Part shown: piece after piece, positions 1 through 25,734 of the stretch | Layout: each line of letters begins with the position of its first letter | How positions within the stretch are numbered: position 1 is the stretch's first letter | Origin: Eledone cirrhosa | Taxonomy: Eukaryota | Assembly (NCBI GenBank): GCA_964016885.1 | Contig: CAXHJY010000562.1 | Location: 1 to 64,000 of the forward strand | DNA: 64,000 nucleotides | Reading direction: 5' to 3' | Position numbers and translations under genes: made by a program | Notes under the pieces: generated by a model | Databases searched by the model: none | Seen by the model: the letters and a program-made list of their open reading frames with translations, nothing else | Told to the model about the DNA's origin: nothing

Positions 1-4818
<4,818 letters not shown>

Positions 4819-6889
4819 GTAACATGGTGGTGGAACAGTAAGGTGGAGGGATCAATTAAGGCCAAAAAGCAGGCTTGGCAAGTATGGCGGGATGGGGGAA
4901 GTAGAGTAGAGTAGACTATCAAGTGGCCAGGAGGAAAGCTAGGAGAGAAGTGTACTTAGCAAGAAGGGAAGCTGAGGAAAGAAAGTTCAAGCATGTTCTA
5001 CAACGCGATGACCAAAAACGTGAGGTGTTCAGGATTGCTAGGCAATGCGTCAAGGAAAACCGTGATATTGTCGGGGAGAAGTGTGTACTTAACGATGATG
5101 GCATACTTGCCATCACCGACACTGATAAGAATGTAGCTTGGAAGTGTCACTATGAAAGGCTACTAAATGAGGAGAATAAATGGGAGAAAGACAGTCTCCC
5201 CCATATCGACCCAATAGAGGGACCAGCAGTGTTAGTCGAGGAGAGTATAATAAGTAAGGCAATCAAGGATATGAAGACGGGTAAGGCGGCTGGGCCTTCG
5301 GAAATAGTTGCTGAGATGCTGAAGGGCATCTGGCACGGTGGGACACACCATGGTCACCCGCATAGTTAACCAAGTCGTACAGAATGGGGCCATTCCGAAG
5401 GACTGGCATAGCAGCATCATCGTTAACTGTTATAAGGGTAAAAGAGACGCCCTAGATAGGAGTAACTATAGAGGCATTAAATTAATCAACCAGGTCATGA
5501 AGGTCACAGAAAAAGTAATAGCGCAACTAATCAGAGAGAGAATTGACCTAGATGAAATGCAGTTCGGGTTTGTGTCAGGCAAAAGTACCACAGACGCTCT
5601 TTTCATAGTACGACAACTACAGGAGAAGTACCTAGCTAAAGGTAAACCCCTCTACTTAGCTTTTGTCGACTTGGAGAAAGCCTTCGACAGAGTCCCCCGC
5701 TCCATTATCTGGTGGGCTCTTAGAAAACTAGGCGTTGACGAATGGCTTGTGAGGGCTATACAAGCCATGTATAAAGAAACAGTCAGCAAGGTTAGAATTA
5801 ACAACGATATAGTGACTAGTTTAGCGTAAAAGTTGGCGTCCATCAGGGCTCTGTTCTCAGCCCCCTACTATTTATTATTGCCCTTCAGGCTATAACAGAG
5901 GAGTTCAAGACAGGCTGCCCATGGGAACTCTTATACGCAGACGACCTGATACTCATAGCGGAATCAATGGCCGAGCTAGAGAAGAAATTCCAAACATGGA
6001 AGCACGGCCTAGAGTCAAAAGGACTTAAAATTAACCTGGCTAAGACCAAAGTTCTAGTTTGTAGGAAAGAAAACAAGGCGGCGGTCCCTTCTGGGAAATG
6101 GTCGTGCTCGGTGTGTAGGAAAGGCGTAGGTAGAAACTCCATTTTATGTCCTAAATGCAAAGTATGGGTGCATAAAAGATGTAGTGGGATCACAGGTAAG
6201 CTAACTAAGAACATTGATTTTACATGTGGCCGGTGTTCTGGTGCAATAAGTAGCAGCAAGTGCCCACAGAATACTAGCTCTTTCAATTGCGCAGAGGGTT
6301 CTATAGAAATAGTGGACAGTTTCCGTTACCTGGGCGATAAAATCAGCAGTGGGGGAGGGTGCTCTGAAAGTACTGTAGCTAGAGTCAGAACTGGTTGGAA
6401 AAAGTTCAGAGAGCTTATACCACTATTAGCTGCTAAAGGGTTCTCCCTAAAAATGAAAGGCAGGTTGTACGATGCCTGCATACGAACAGCAATGTTGCAT
6501 GGCAGTGAGACCTGGGCATTGTGTGCAGAGGATATACGCAGACTAGAGAGGAACGAAGCTTGCATGCTCCGCTGGATGTGTAACAGTAATATACGTGAAC
6601 GGCAAAGCATAAACGAACTAAGGAAAAAATTAGAGATAAGAGGGATCAGATGTTGTTTACTCGAGAGAAGGCTACGTGGTATGGACACGTGATGCGCATG
6701 AAAGTCGATAGCTGTATAACAAAGTGCAGGGCAATAAAGATAGACGGTAGTCACGGAATAGGCAGACCTAGAAAAACCTGGGACGAGCTGATAAACTCCG
6801 ACATCACACACTTACACCTCTCCAAGACAATGTCACTCGACCGAGACCTTTGGCGGTACTCAGTAACAGAGAAGACCCGCCTTACCTAA
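4819..6889 (+). pseudogene. Disrupted RTE ORF: reverse transcriptase, PHD-like finger and RTE C-terminus
   Basis: Motifs TWWWN, GKAAGP, NYRGIKL, QFGFVSGKSTTDA, FVDLEKAFDRV, GVHQGSVLSPLLF, LYADD (YADD at 5934-5945), [26 protein letters not shown]. Stop near 4912 and frameshifts near 5325, 5808 and 6676. Confidence 0.92.
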
Positions 6890-7282
6890 ATACATAGTCA
6901 AACCTACTACAGCCAGTAGGCATCTCTAACAAAATACACCCCGTCCCACCACCACCACCCCCACCCCATCCACACCACCCCGTTCTATGTAAAGTTATGT
7001 TGGTGCCGCGCCATCCAGGCCGAAACAAATGAGATCGTGTAGGTGTCACGACAAAAAAACACACAGTCCACGCTGTAATGTGGCCGTGTAAGCAACACGG
7101 TAAAAACCTCCCAGACCCACACTGTAAATGTGGTTGGTGTTAGGAAGGGCATCCAACTGTAGAAAACCTGCCAGACAGTCCTATGCGAGCAAGAAAATCA
7201 CTCTTGCCTCAAGTGGGACTACCCCCGTCCAAAGCCATGCAAGCGTGGAGCACGGACGTTAAACGTTGATGATGATGATGAT
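4819..7282 (+). mobile_element. 5'-truncated RTE-clade LINE inserted in a (TA)n array
   Basis: RT-encoding body, 3' UTR ending ...ggagcacggacgttaaacgtt(GAT)n, and TA arrays on both sides. A close second copy lies at 60572-61617. Confidence 0.9.
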
Positions 7283-9920
<2,638 letters not shown>

Positions 9921-10565
9921 GTAATAATAATAAAATTGAAGACTAAAATCCAAAGAGGGCTCGATAAGGAAAATATATATCAAATATATAAGAACCGTAG
10001 AGCAAATATTTATTAAAATAACAGATTAAAGTTTAAGCAAAGAATCGCTGCTTTCACCCTTAACGGGATCTTCTGAAACTAACAAAGTCAATCTGTAAAT
10101 GCAGAACTGGATATTTCAAAAAACGTTGCAACGGGAGGAAGACAGGAAGACGATACTTTGGTTCATGGTGACGTTCACTGGCAAAGAACGGGAAAAAACG
10201 AATAATACATCATTAATAGGAGCGGTGAAAAACAATTGCGCGCAAAGACCAAACCACATTTATGGTATAAAAGAGGTCGTAGACTAAGTTCTCTTAGTGG
10301 TGCATAGAGACGTTCTCTGGCAATGTACCAAAAAAGGAAGATAATAAGTCATATGTGGAGCGTGGAGAACAATAGCACGCAAATACAAAGCCACGTAAAT
10401 GGTATAGCAGAAGATGTAGAGTAAAATTCTAACTAGGAGACCGAATGAATCTCCGCTACAGAGTTAAGAACAAAGTAAATAAATACAATACAGAAGTAAT
10501 AGAAACAAATAAATACATACACGCAAACAGATACGTACATACACAAGCATACACAAAACCTTACC
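9921..10565 (-). mobile_element. Non-coding island between TA arrays; possible Penelope-like terminal remnant
   Basis: Degenerate hammerhead-like motif on the - strand at about 10045-10080 (CAGAAGA-TCCC-GTTAA-GGGT-GAAA), followed by AATAAA and an AT-rich end. Confidence 0.3.
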
Positions 10566-10679
10566 ATATATATATATATACATATATATATATACATATA
10601 TATATATATATTATATATATATATATATTATATATATATATTATATATATATATTATATATATATACATATATATATAC

Positions 10680-10712
<33 letters not shown>

Positions 10713-10798
10713 ATATATATATATTATATATATATATATATATTATATATATATATATATATATATCATATATATATATTATATATATATATATATAT

Positions 10799-10830
<32 letters not shown>

Positions 10831-10857
10831 ATATATATTATATATACATATATATAT

Positions 10858-10889
<32 letters not shown>

Positions 10890-10904
10890 ATATATTATTT
10901 ATAT

Positions 10905-10936
<32 letters not shown>

Positions 10937-11218
10937 ATTATTTATATTATATATATATATTATATATATATATATTATATATATATATATTATATATATA
11001 TATATTATATATATAAATTATATATATATATATATTATATATATATATATATTATATATATATATATTATATATATATTATATTATATATATATATATAT
11101 ATTATATATATATATATTATATATATATATATTATATATATATATATTATATATATATTATATATATATATTATATATATATATATTATATATATATATA
11201 TTATATATATATTATATA

Positions 11219-11259
<41 letters not shown>

Positions 11260-11360
11260 TTATTATATATATATTATATATATATATATATTATATATAT
11301 ATATATATATTATATATATTATATATATATTATATATATATATGTATATATATATATATC

Positions 11361-11415
<55 letters not shown>

Positions 11416-11545
11416 TATATTATATATATATATATATATTATATATATTATATATATATTATATATGTATATATATATATATTATATATATGTATATATA
11501 TATATATTATATATATGTATATATATATATATTATATATATGTAT

Positions 11546-11655
<110 letters not shown>

Positions 11656-11672
11656 ATATATTATATATATAT

Positions 11673-11703
<31 letters not shown>

Positions 11704-11720
11704 ATATATTATATATATAT

Positions 11721-11751
<31 letters not shown>

Positions 11752-12260
11752 ATATATATATATATATATATTATATATATTATATATATATATATATTAT
11801 ATATATATTATATATATATATATATTATATATATATTATATATATATTATATATATATTATATATATATTATATATATATATATATTATATTATATATAT
11901 ATATTATATATATTATATATATATATTATATATATATTATATATATATTATATATATATATTATATATATTATATATATATATTATATATATATTATATA
12001 TATATTATATATATATTATATATATATTATATATATATTATATATATATATTATATATATATTATATATATATTATATATATATTATATATATATTATAT
12101 ATATATTATATATATATATTATATATATTATATATATATATTATATATATATTATATATATATTATATATATTATATATATATATTATATATATTATATA
12201 TATATATTATATATATTATATATATATATTATATATATTATATATATATATTATATATAT

Positions 12261-12295
<35 letters not shown>

Positions 12296-12736
12296 ATATA
12301 TATATTATATATATATTATATATATATTATATATATATTATATATATATATTATATATATATTATATATATATTATATATATATTATATATATATTATAT
12401 ATATATTATATATATATTATATATATATTATATATATATTATATATATATTATATATATATATTATATATATATATTATATATATATATTATATATATAT
12501 ATTATATATATATATTATATATATATATTATATATATATATTATATATATATTATATATATATTATATATATATTATATATATATTATATATATATATAT
12601 TATATATATTATATATATATATATTATATATATATATATTATATATATATTATATATATTATATATATATTATATATATTATATATAAATATATTATATA
12701 TATAATATATATATATATAATATATATATATATTAT

Positions 12737-12808
12737 CTGTTCCCGTCCCACCCTTGCAAGCAGGGAAAAGCGGACATAAATGAAATGATTAAAAAAATGA
12801 TGAAATGA
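12737..12808 (+). mobile_element. Extreme 3' end of an RTE-family element
   Basis: cccttgcaagcagggaaaagcggacataaa followed by a TGA-rich tail; matches the RTE 3' ends at about 7235-7282 and 13690-13745. Confidence 0.65.
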
Positions 12809-12969
12809 TATATATATATATTATATATATTATATATATATAATATATATATATATAATATATATATATAATATATATATATAATGTATATATATAATAT
12901 ATAATATATATATAATATATATATATAATGTATATATATAATATCTAATATATATATATAATATATATA

Positions 12970-13745
<776 letters not shown>

Positions 13746-14071
13746 ATATATATTATATATATATATTATATATATATATATTATATATATATTATATATA
13801 TATATTATATATATATATTATATATATTATATATTATATATATATATATTATATATATATATATTATATATATATATATTATATATTATATTATATATTA
13901 TATATTATATATTATATATATATATATTTATATATTTATATATTATATATATATATATTTATATATTTATATATTATATATATATATATTTATATATTTA
14001 TATATTATATATATATATATTTATATATATATATTTATATATTATATATATATATATATATATTTATATAT

Positions 14072-14136
<65 letters not shown>

Positions 14137-14495
14137 TATGTATTATATATATTATATATATATATATTATATATATATTATATATATATATATTATATAT
14201 ATTATATATATATATATATATATTATATTATGTATTATATATATTATATATATATATATTATATATATTATATATATATATATTATATATATTATATATA
14301 TATATATTATATATATATATATTATATATATTATATATATATATATTATATATATATATATTATATATATTATATATATATATATTATATATATATATAT
14401 TATATATATTATATATATATATATTATATATATATATATATTATATATATATATATTATATATATATATATTATATATATTATATATATGTATAT

Positions 14496-14528
<33 letters not shown>

Positions 14529-14586
14529 GATATATATATATAATATATATAGATATATATATTATATATATTATATATATATATAT

Positions 14587-14618
<32 letters not shown>

Positions 14619-14661
14619 ATATTATATATATATATATTATATATATTATATATATGTATAT

Positions 14662-14694
<33 letters not shown>

Positions 14695-14926
14695 GATATA
14701 TATATATAATATATATAGATATATATATTATATATATATATTATATATATATATATATTATATATATATATATTATACATATATACATATTATATATATA
14801 TATTATATATATATATATATTATACATATATACATATTATATATATATATTATATATATATCTATATATATATTGCATATATATATATATCTATATATAT
14901 ATTATATATATATTATATATATATAT

Positions 14927-15010
<84 letters not shown>

Positions 15011-15018
15011 AATATATA

Positions 15019-15068
<50 letters not shown>

Positions 15069-15898
15069 ATATATATTATATATATATATATTATATATAT
15101 GTATATATATATATATTATATATATATTATATATATTATATATATATATATTATATTATATTATATATATATTATATATATTATATATATATATATTATA
15201 TATATATTATATATATATTATATATATATTATATATATATTATATATATATTATATATATATTATTTATATATATATTATTTATATATATATTATTTATA
15301 TATATATTATTTATATATATATTATTTATATATATATTATATATATATATTATTTATATATATATTATATATATATATATTATATATATATATATTATTT
15401 ATATATATATTATATATATATATTATATATATATATTATTTATATATATATTATATATATATATTATTTATATATATATTATATATATATATTATTTATA
15501 TATATATTATATATATATATTATTTATATATATATTATATATATATATTATTTATATATATATTATATATATATATTATATATATATATTATATACATAT
15601 ATTATATACATATATTATATATATATATTATATATTATATATATATATTATATATATATATTATATATATATATATTATATATATATTATATATATATAT
15701 ATTATATATATATTATATATATATATTATATATATATATATTATATATATATTATATATGTATATATATTATATATATTATATATATAATATATTATATA
15801 TATATTATATTTATATATTATATATATATATTATATATATATATATTATATATGTATATATATATATATATATTATATATGTATATATATATATATTA

Positions 15899-15945
<47 letters not shown>

Positions 15946-16715
15946 TATATATATTATATATATATATATATTATATATATTATATATATTATATATATAT
16001 ATATATTATATATATATGTATATATATATACTATATATATTATATATATATGTATATATATATATATATTATATATATATATCTCTATATTATATATATA
16101 TATGTATATATTATATATATGTATATATTATATATATGTATATATTATATATATGTATATATTATATATATGTATATATTATATATATGTATATATTATA
16201 TATATGTATATATTATATATATGTATATATTATATATATATATATATTACATATATATATGTATATATATATATATGTATATATTATATATATATATATA
16301 TTAGATATATATATGTATATATATATATATATTATATATATATTATATATATATTATATATATATTATATATATATTATATATATATTATATATATTATA
16401 TATATATATATTATATATATATATATTATATATATATATATTATATATATTATATATATATATATTATATATATATTATATATATATTATATATATATTA
16501 TATATATATTATATATATATTATATATATATTATTTATATATATATTATATATATATTATATATATATTATATATATATTATTTATATATATATTATATA
16601 TATATTATATATATATTATATATATATTATTTATATATATATTATTTATATATATATTATTTATATATATATTATTTATATATATATTATATATATATAT
16701 TATTTATATATATAT

Positions 16716-16747
<32 letters not shown>

Positions 16748-16893
16748 ATATATTATATATATATATATTATATATATATTATTATTTATATATATATATA
16801 TATTAATACATATATTATATACATATATTATATATATATATTATATATATATATTATATTTATATATTATATATATATATTATATATATATAT

Positions 16894-16925
<32 letters not shown>

Positions 16926-17570
16926 ATATATATTACTATATATATATATATTATATATATTATATATATTATATATATATATATTATATATATTATATAT
17001 ATGTATATATATATACTATATATATTATATATATATGTATATATATATATATATTATATATATATGTATATATATATATATATTATATATATATATCTAT
17101 ATATTATATTATATATATATTATATATATATATGTATATATTATATATATGTATATATTATATATATATATATATTACATATAGATATGTATATATATAT
17201 ATATTATATATATATATATATTATATATATATATCTATATATTATATATATATATATATTATATATATATATGTATATATTATATATATGTATATATTAT
17301 ATATATATATATATTACATATAGATATGTATATATATATATATTATATATATATATATATTATATATATATATGTATATATTATATATATATGTATATAT
17401 TATATATATATATATATTACATATAGATATGTATATATATATATATTATATATTACATATAGATATGTATATATATATATTATATATTATATATATATAT
17501 GTATATATTATATATATATATACTACTCTATATATATATATATATATTATATATTATAATATATATTATT

Positions 17571-17602
<32 letters not shown>

Positions 17603-17680
17603 ATTATACATATATTATATACATATATAAATATATATTATATATTATATATATATATTACTATATATATATTATATATC

Positions 17681-17729
<49 letters not shown>

Positions 17730-17825
17730 TATATATATATAATATATATATCTATATATATATAATATATAATATATATATATAATATATATATATATAT
17801 ATAATATATATATATATAATATTAT

Positions 17826-17867
<42 letters not shown>

Positions 17868-18021
17868 ATATTATATATATATATAATATATATATAATAT
17901 ATATATATAATATATTATATATATATATAATATATATATAATATATATATATATATATTATATATATATTATATATATATATAATATATATATATATAAT
18001 AATTATATATATATATATATT

Positions 18022-18052
<31 letters not shown>

Positions 18053-18760
18053 TATCTATATATATATTATATATATATATATATAATATATATATATATA
18101 TATAATATATATATATATTATATATATATTATATATATATATAATATATATATATATAATATATATATAATACTATATATATAATATATATATATATAAT
18201 ATATATATATAATATATAATATATATATATAATATATGTATATAATATATGTATATAATATATATATATAATATATATATATAATATATATATAAAATAA
18301 TATATATATATAATATATATATAATAATATATATATATAATATATATATATATAATATATACATTATATATATATAATACTATAATATATATATATATAC
18401 ATATCTATATGTAATATATAATATTATATATATATACATATCTATATGTAATTATAATATATATATATAATATATACATATATATATAATATATACATAT
18501 ATATATATATTATATATATATTATATATATATTATATATATATTATTTATATATATATTATATATATATTATATATATATTATATATATATTATATATAT
18601 ATTATTTATATATATATTATATATATATTATATATATATTATATATATATTATATATATATTATATATATATTATTTATATATATGTTATTTATATATAT
18701 ATTATTTATATATATATTATTTATATATATATTATATATATATATTATTTATATATATAT

Positions 18761-18792
<32 letters not shown>

Positions 18793-19563
18793 ATATTATA
18801 TATATATATATTATATATATATATATTATTTATATATATATTATATATTATATACATATATTATATATATATTATATATATATATTATATTTATATATTA
18901 TATATATATATTATATATATATATTATATATATATATATTATATATGTATATATATATTATATATATTATATATATATATATATTATATATATTATATAT
19001 ATATGTATATATATATACTATATATATTATATATATATGTATATATATATATATTAGATATATATGTATATATATATATATATTATATATATATATCTAT
19101 ATATTATATATATATATATATTATATATATATATGTATATATTATATATATGTATATATTATATATATATATATATTACATATAGATATGTATATATATA
19201 TATATTATATATATATATATATTATATATATATATCTATATATTATATATATATATATATTATATATATATATGTATATATTATATATATGTATATATTA
19301 TATATATATATATATTACATATAGATATGTATATATATATATATTATATATATATATATATTATATATATATATGTATATATTATATATATATGTATATA
19401 TTATATATATATATATATTACATATAGATATGTATATATATATATATTATATATTATATATAGATATGTATATATATATATATTATATATTATATATATA
19501 TGTATATATTATATATATGTATATATATATATATTTTATATATATATATGTATATATTATATA

Positions 19564-19621
<58 letters not shown>

Positions 19622-19800
19622 GTAATATATATATATATATATTATATATATATATTATATATATATTATTTATATATATTATATATATATATTATATATA
19701 TATATTATATATATATATATATATATATTATATTATATATATTATATATATATATTATATATATATATATATATATAATATATATATATATATATTATAT

Positions 19801-19930
19801 TTGGCAGTATCGGTAGAGTTCAAATCCCGCCGAGGTTGACTTTGCCTTTCATCCTTACGGGGTCGATAAAATAAAGTACCAGTAATGCACTGGGTAATTG
19901 CTGGCCTTGTGCCTAAAGTAGAAACAATTA
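19801..19930 (+). mobile_element. SINE with Meta-like core, internally deleted copy
   Basis: gagttcaaatcccgccgaggttgactttgcctttcatccttacggggtcgataaaataaagtaccag...ttgctggccttgtgcc; many copies in the window. Confidence 0.8.
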
Positions 19931-19974
19931 TATATATATATTATATACATATATATATATATTATATATATATA

Positions 19975-20358
19975 TTTACTCTTTTTACTCTTTTACCTGT
20001 TTCAGCCATCCGGCTGAGGCCATGCTGGGGCACCGCCCTTGTTGCTACACATTTTATCTTCAGCCTGTATAGGTCGGCCACTGGTGTAGGAGGGAGTTTG
20101 TTGCTGCTGCCCTTAGGTTTCCCTCGTGTCTTGCTGTGGGCTCATCCGGGATCCTGGATAACAAGGTGTCGAGATGTTTCTTAAAGACATCCACCTCCAC
20201 GTCATGCAAGTCTCGCAGATGCCTCGGCAGCCTGTTGAAGAGTAGAGGGCCCTTGAATCCCAGGCTATTGCAATACCTGCTCCTTATTCTAGATGTGGAA
20301 GACGGGACCTTTGGCACCACACAGTGACGTCCTGTTCGACGGTTGGTCCAGCTCCCAA
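19975..20358 (-). mobile_element. 3' end of a CR1/L2/Crack-group LINE
   Basis: Minus-strand RRTGRHCVVPK...GPLLFNRLP...FKKHLDTLLSRIPDEP...RAAATNSLLHQ then stop; short 3' UTR with hairpin TCAGCC-GGAT-GGCTGA and a GTAAAAGA-type repeated tail. Confidence 0.75.
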
Positions 20359-20462
20359 TATATTTTATATATATATATATTATATATATATATATTATAT
20401 ATATATATATTATATATATATATTATATATATATATTATATATATATATTATATATATATAT

Positions 20463-20494
<32 letters not shown>

Positions 20495-20496
20495 AT

Positions 20497-20528
<32 letters not shown>

Positions 20529-20965
20529 ATTATATATATATATTATATATATATATTATATATATATATTATATATATATATTATATATATATATTATAT
20601 ATATATATATATATTATATATATATATATATATTATATATATATATATTATATATATATATTATATTATATATATATATATATTTTATATATATATTATA
20701 TTATATATATATATATATTTTATATATATTATATTATATATATATATATATATTATATATATATATATTATATATATATATTATATATATATATTATATA
20801 TATATATTATATATATATATTATATATATATATTATATATATATATTATATATATATATTATATATATATATTATATATTATATATATATATTATATATA
20901 TATATTATATATATATATATATATATTATATATATTATATATATATATATATATATTATATATAT

Positions 20966-20999
<34 letters not shown>

Positions 21000-21259
21000 A
21001 TATTATATATATATTATATATATATATTATATATATATATTATATATATATATATTATATATATATATTATATATATATATTATATATATATATTATATA
21101 TATATTATATATATATATATATTATATATATATATTATATATATATATATTATATATATATTATATATATATATTATATATATATATTATATATATATAT
21201 ATATTATATATATATTATATATATATTATATATATATTATATATATATTATATATATAT

Positions 21260-21290
<31 letters not shown>

Positions 21291-21756
21291 ATAATTATAT
21301 ATTATATATATATATATTATGTATATATATTATATATATATATATTATATATATATATTATATATATATATATATTATATATATATATTATATATATATA
21401 TATATTATATATATATATATATTATATATATATTATATATATATATATATTATATATATATATATTATACATATATTATATATATATATATATTATATAT
21501 ATATTATATATATATATTATATATATATATATATTATATATATATATTATATATATATTATATATATATATTATATATATATATATTATATATTATATAT
21601 ATATTATATATATATATTATATATATATTATATATATATATTATATATATATATATTATATATATATTATATATATATATTATATATATATATTTTATAT
21701 ATATATTATATATATATATTATATATATATATATTTTATATATGTATTATATATAT

Positions 21757-21799
<43 letters not shown>

Positions 21800-21988
21800 T
21801 ATATATAATATATATATATATAATATATATATATAATATATATAATATATATATATATAATATATATATATATTATATATATATATATTATATATATATA
21901 TATTATATATATATATATTATATTATATATATATATATATTATATATATATTATATATATATATATTTTATATATGTATTATATATAT

Positions 21989-22031
<43 letters not shown>

Positions 22032-22336
22032 TATATATAATATATATATATATAATATATATATATATAATATATATAATATATATATATATAATATATA
22101 TATATATTATATATATATATATTATATATATATATATTATATATATATATATTATATTATATATATATATATATTATATATATATTATATATATATATAT
22201 ATTATATATATATTTATATTATATATATATATATATTATATTATATATATATATATATTATATATATATTATATATATTATATATATATTATATATGTAT
22301 ATATATTATATATATATATTATATATGTATATATAT

Positions 22337-22367
<31 letters not shown>

Positions 22368-22384
22368 ATATATATATATATATT

Positions 22385-22429
<45 letters not shown>

Positions 22430-23268
22430 TATATATATATAATATATATATATATATATAATATATATATAATATATATATATATATAATATATATATAT
22501 ATATAATATAATATATATATATATATAATATATATATATATATAATATATATATAATATATATATAATATATATATATATAATATAATATATATATATAT
22601 ATAATATAATATATATATATATATATATATAATATATATATATATATAATATATATATATATATAATATATATATAATATATATATATATATAATATATA
22701 TATATATATAATATATATATAATATATATATATATATAATATAATATATATATATATAATATATATATATATAATATATATATATATATAATATAATATA
22801 TATAATATATATATATATAATATATATATATATAATATATATATATATAATATATATATATATTATATATATATATATTATATATATATATATTATATAT
22901 ATATATATTATATATATTATATATATATATATTATATATATATATATTATATATATATATATTATATATATATATATTATATATATATATATTATATATA
23001 TATATATTATATATATATATATTATATATATATATATTATATATATATATATTATATATATATATATATTATATATATATATATATTATATATATATATA
23101 TTATATATATATATATATATTATATAATTAAGTAAAAATGTACATCCACATATGTATACTGAAATACTAGTATGCATATGAATACACACACGTATACATA
23201 TGTAGATGTACCGAGTTTTTCACTGGTCACTTTACTGTGAGTGTCCAGCTATTCTGTATGTAAACAGA

Positions 23269-23301
<33 letters not shown>

Positions 23302-23325
23302 TATATATTATATATATATATATAT

Positions 23326-23356
<31 letters not shown>

Positions 23357-23533
23357 ATATATATATATATATTATATATATATATATATTATATTATATA
23401 TATATATATATTATATATATATATATATTATATATATATTATATATATATATATATTATATATATATATATATATTATATATATATATATATTATATATA
23501 TATATATTATATATATATTATATATATATATAT

Positions 23534-23566
<33 letters not shown>

Positions 23567-23613
23567 ATATATTATATATATATTATATATATATATTATA
23601 TATATATATATAT

Positions 23614-23645
<32 letters not shown>

Positions 23646-23704
23646 ATATACATATTATATATATATTATATATATATATATTATATATATATATATATAC
23701 ATAT

Positions 23705-23740
<36 letters not shown>

Positions 23741-24282
23741 ATATAATATATATATATATATTATATATATATATTATATATATATATATATATTATATAT
23801 ATATATATTATATATATATATTATATATATATATATTATATATATATATATTTTATATATATATTATATATATATATATTATATATATATATATTTTATA
23901 TATATATTATATATATATATATATTATATATATATATATTATATATATATATATTATATATATATATATTATATATATATATATTATATATATTATATAT
24001 ATATATATATATTATATATATATATATTATATATATATATATTTTATATATATATATATTATATATATATATTATATATATATATATTATATATATATAT
24101 ATTATATATATATATATTTTATATATATATATATATTATATATATATATATTATATATATATATATTATATATATATATATTATATATATTATATATATA
24201 TATATTATATATATATATATTATATATATTATATATATATATATTATATATATATATTATATATATATATATATTATATATA

Positions 24283-24314
<32 letters not shown>

Positions 24315-24556
24315 TATATTATATATATATATTATATATATTATATATATATATATATATTATATATATATATTATATATATATATATATTATATATATT
24401 ATATATATATATATATTATATATATTATATATATATATATATTATATATATATTATATATATATTATATATATATATATATTATATTATATATATATATT
24501 ATATTATATATATATATATATATTATATTATATATATATATTATATTATATATATA

Positions 24557-24598
<42 letters not shown>

Positions 24599-24689
24599 AT
24601 ATTATATATATATATATATTATATATTATATTATATATATATATATATTTATATATTATATTATATATATATATATATTATATATATAT

Positions 24690-24777
<88 letters not shown>

Positions 24778-24893
24778 ATATATATATATATTATATATAT
24801 ATATATTATATATATATATATTATATATATATATATTATATATATTATATTATATATATATATTATATATATATATATTATATATATATATAT

Positions 24894-24925
<32 letters not shown>

Positions 24926-25039
24926 ATATTATATATATATATATTATATATATATATTATATATATATATATTATATATATATATATTATATATATATAT
25001 TATATATATATATTATATATATATTATATATATATATAT

Positions 25040-25073
<34 letters not shown>

Positions 25074-25208
25074 ATATTATATATATATATTATATATATA
25101 TTATATATATATATTATATATATATATATTATATATATATATTATATATATATATTATATATATATATATTATATATATATATATTATATATATATATAT
25201 TATATATA

Positions 25209-25255
<47 letters not shown>

Positions 25256-25574
25256 ATATATTATATATATATATATATTATATATATATATATATTATAT
25301 ATATATATATATATTATATATATATATATTATATATATATATATATTATATATATATATATATTATATATATATATATATATTATATATATATATATTAT
25401 ATATATATATATATTATATATATATATATATTATATATATATATATATTATATATATATATATATTATATATATATATATTATATATATATATATATTAT
25501 ATATATATATATATTATATATATATATATTATATATATATATATATTATATATATATATATATTATATATATAT

Positions 25575-25626
<52 letters not shown>

Positions 25627-25635
25627 ATATTATAT
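20359..25635. repeat. (TA)n/(TTATA)n array with a short unique island at about 23128-23268
   Basis: Direct reading. Confidence 0.96.
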
Positions 25636-25705
25636 CGATAAAATAAAGTACCAGTAATGCACTGGTTAAATGCTGACCTTGTTCCTAAAGTAGAATCAAT
25701 TAATA
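25636..25705 (+). mobile_element. SINE 3' half, deletion subfamily
   Basis: cgataaaataaagtaccagtaatgcactgg...aaagtagaatcaatta. Confidence 0.7.
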
Positions 25706-25734
25706 CTAACTACAATAGTAAGCAGATGTTAATA

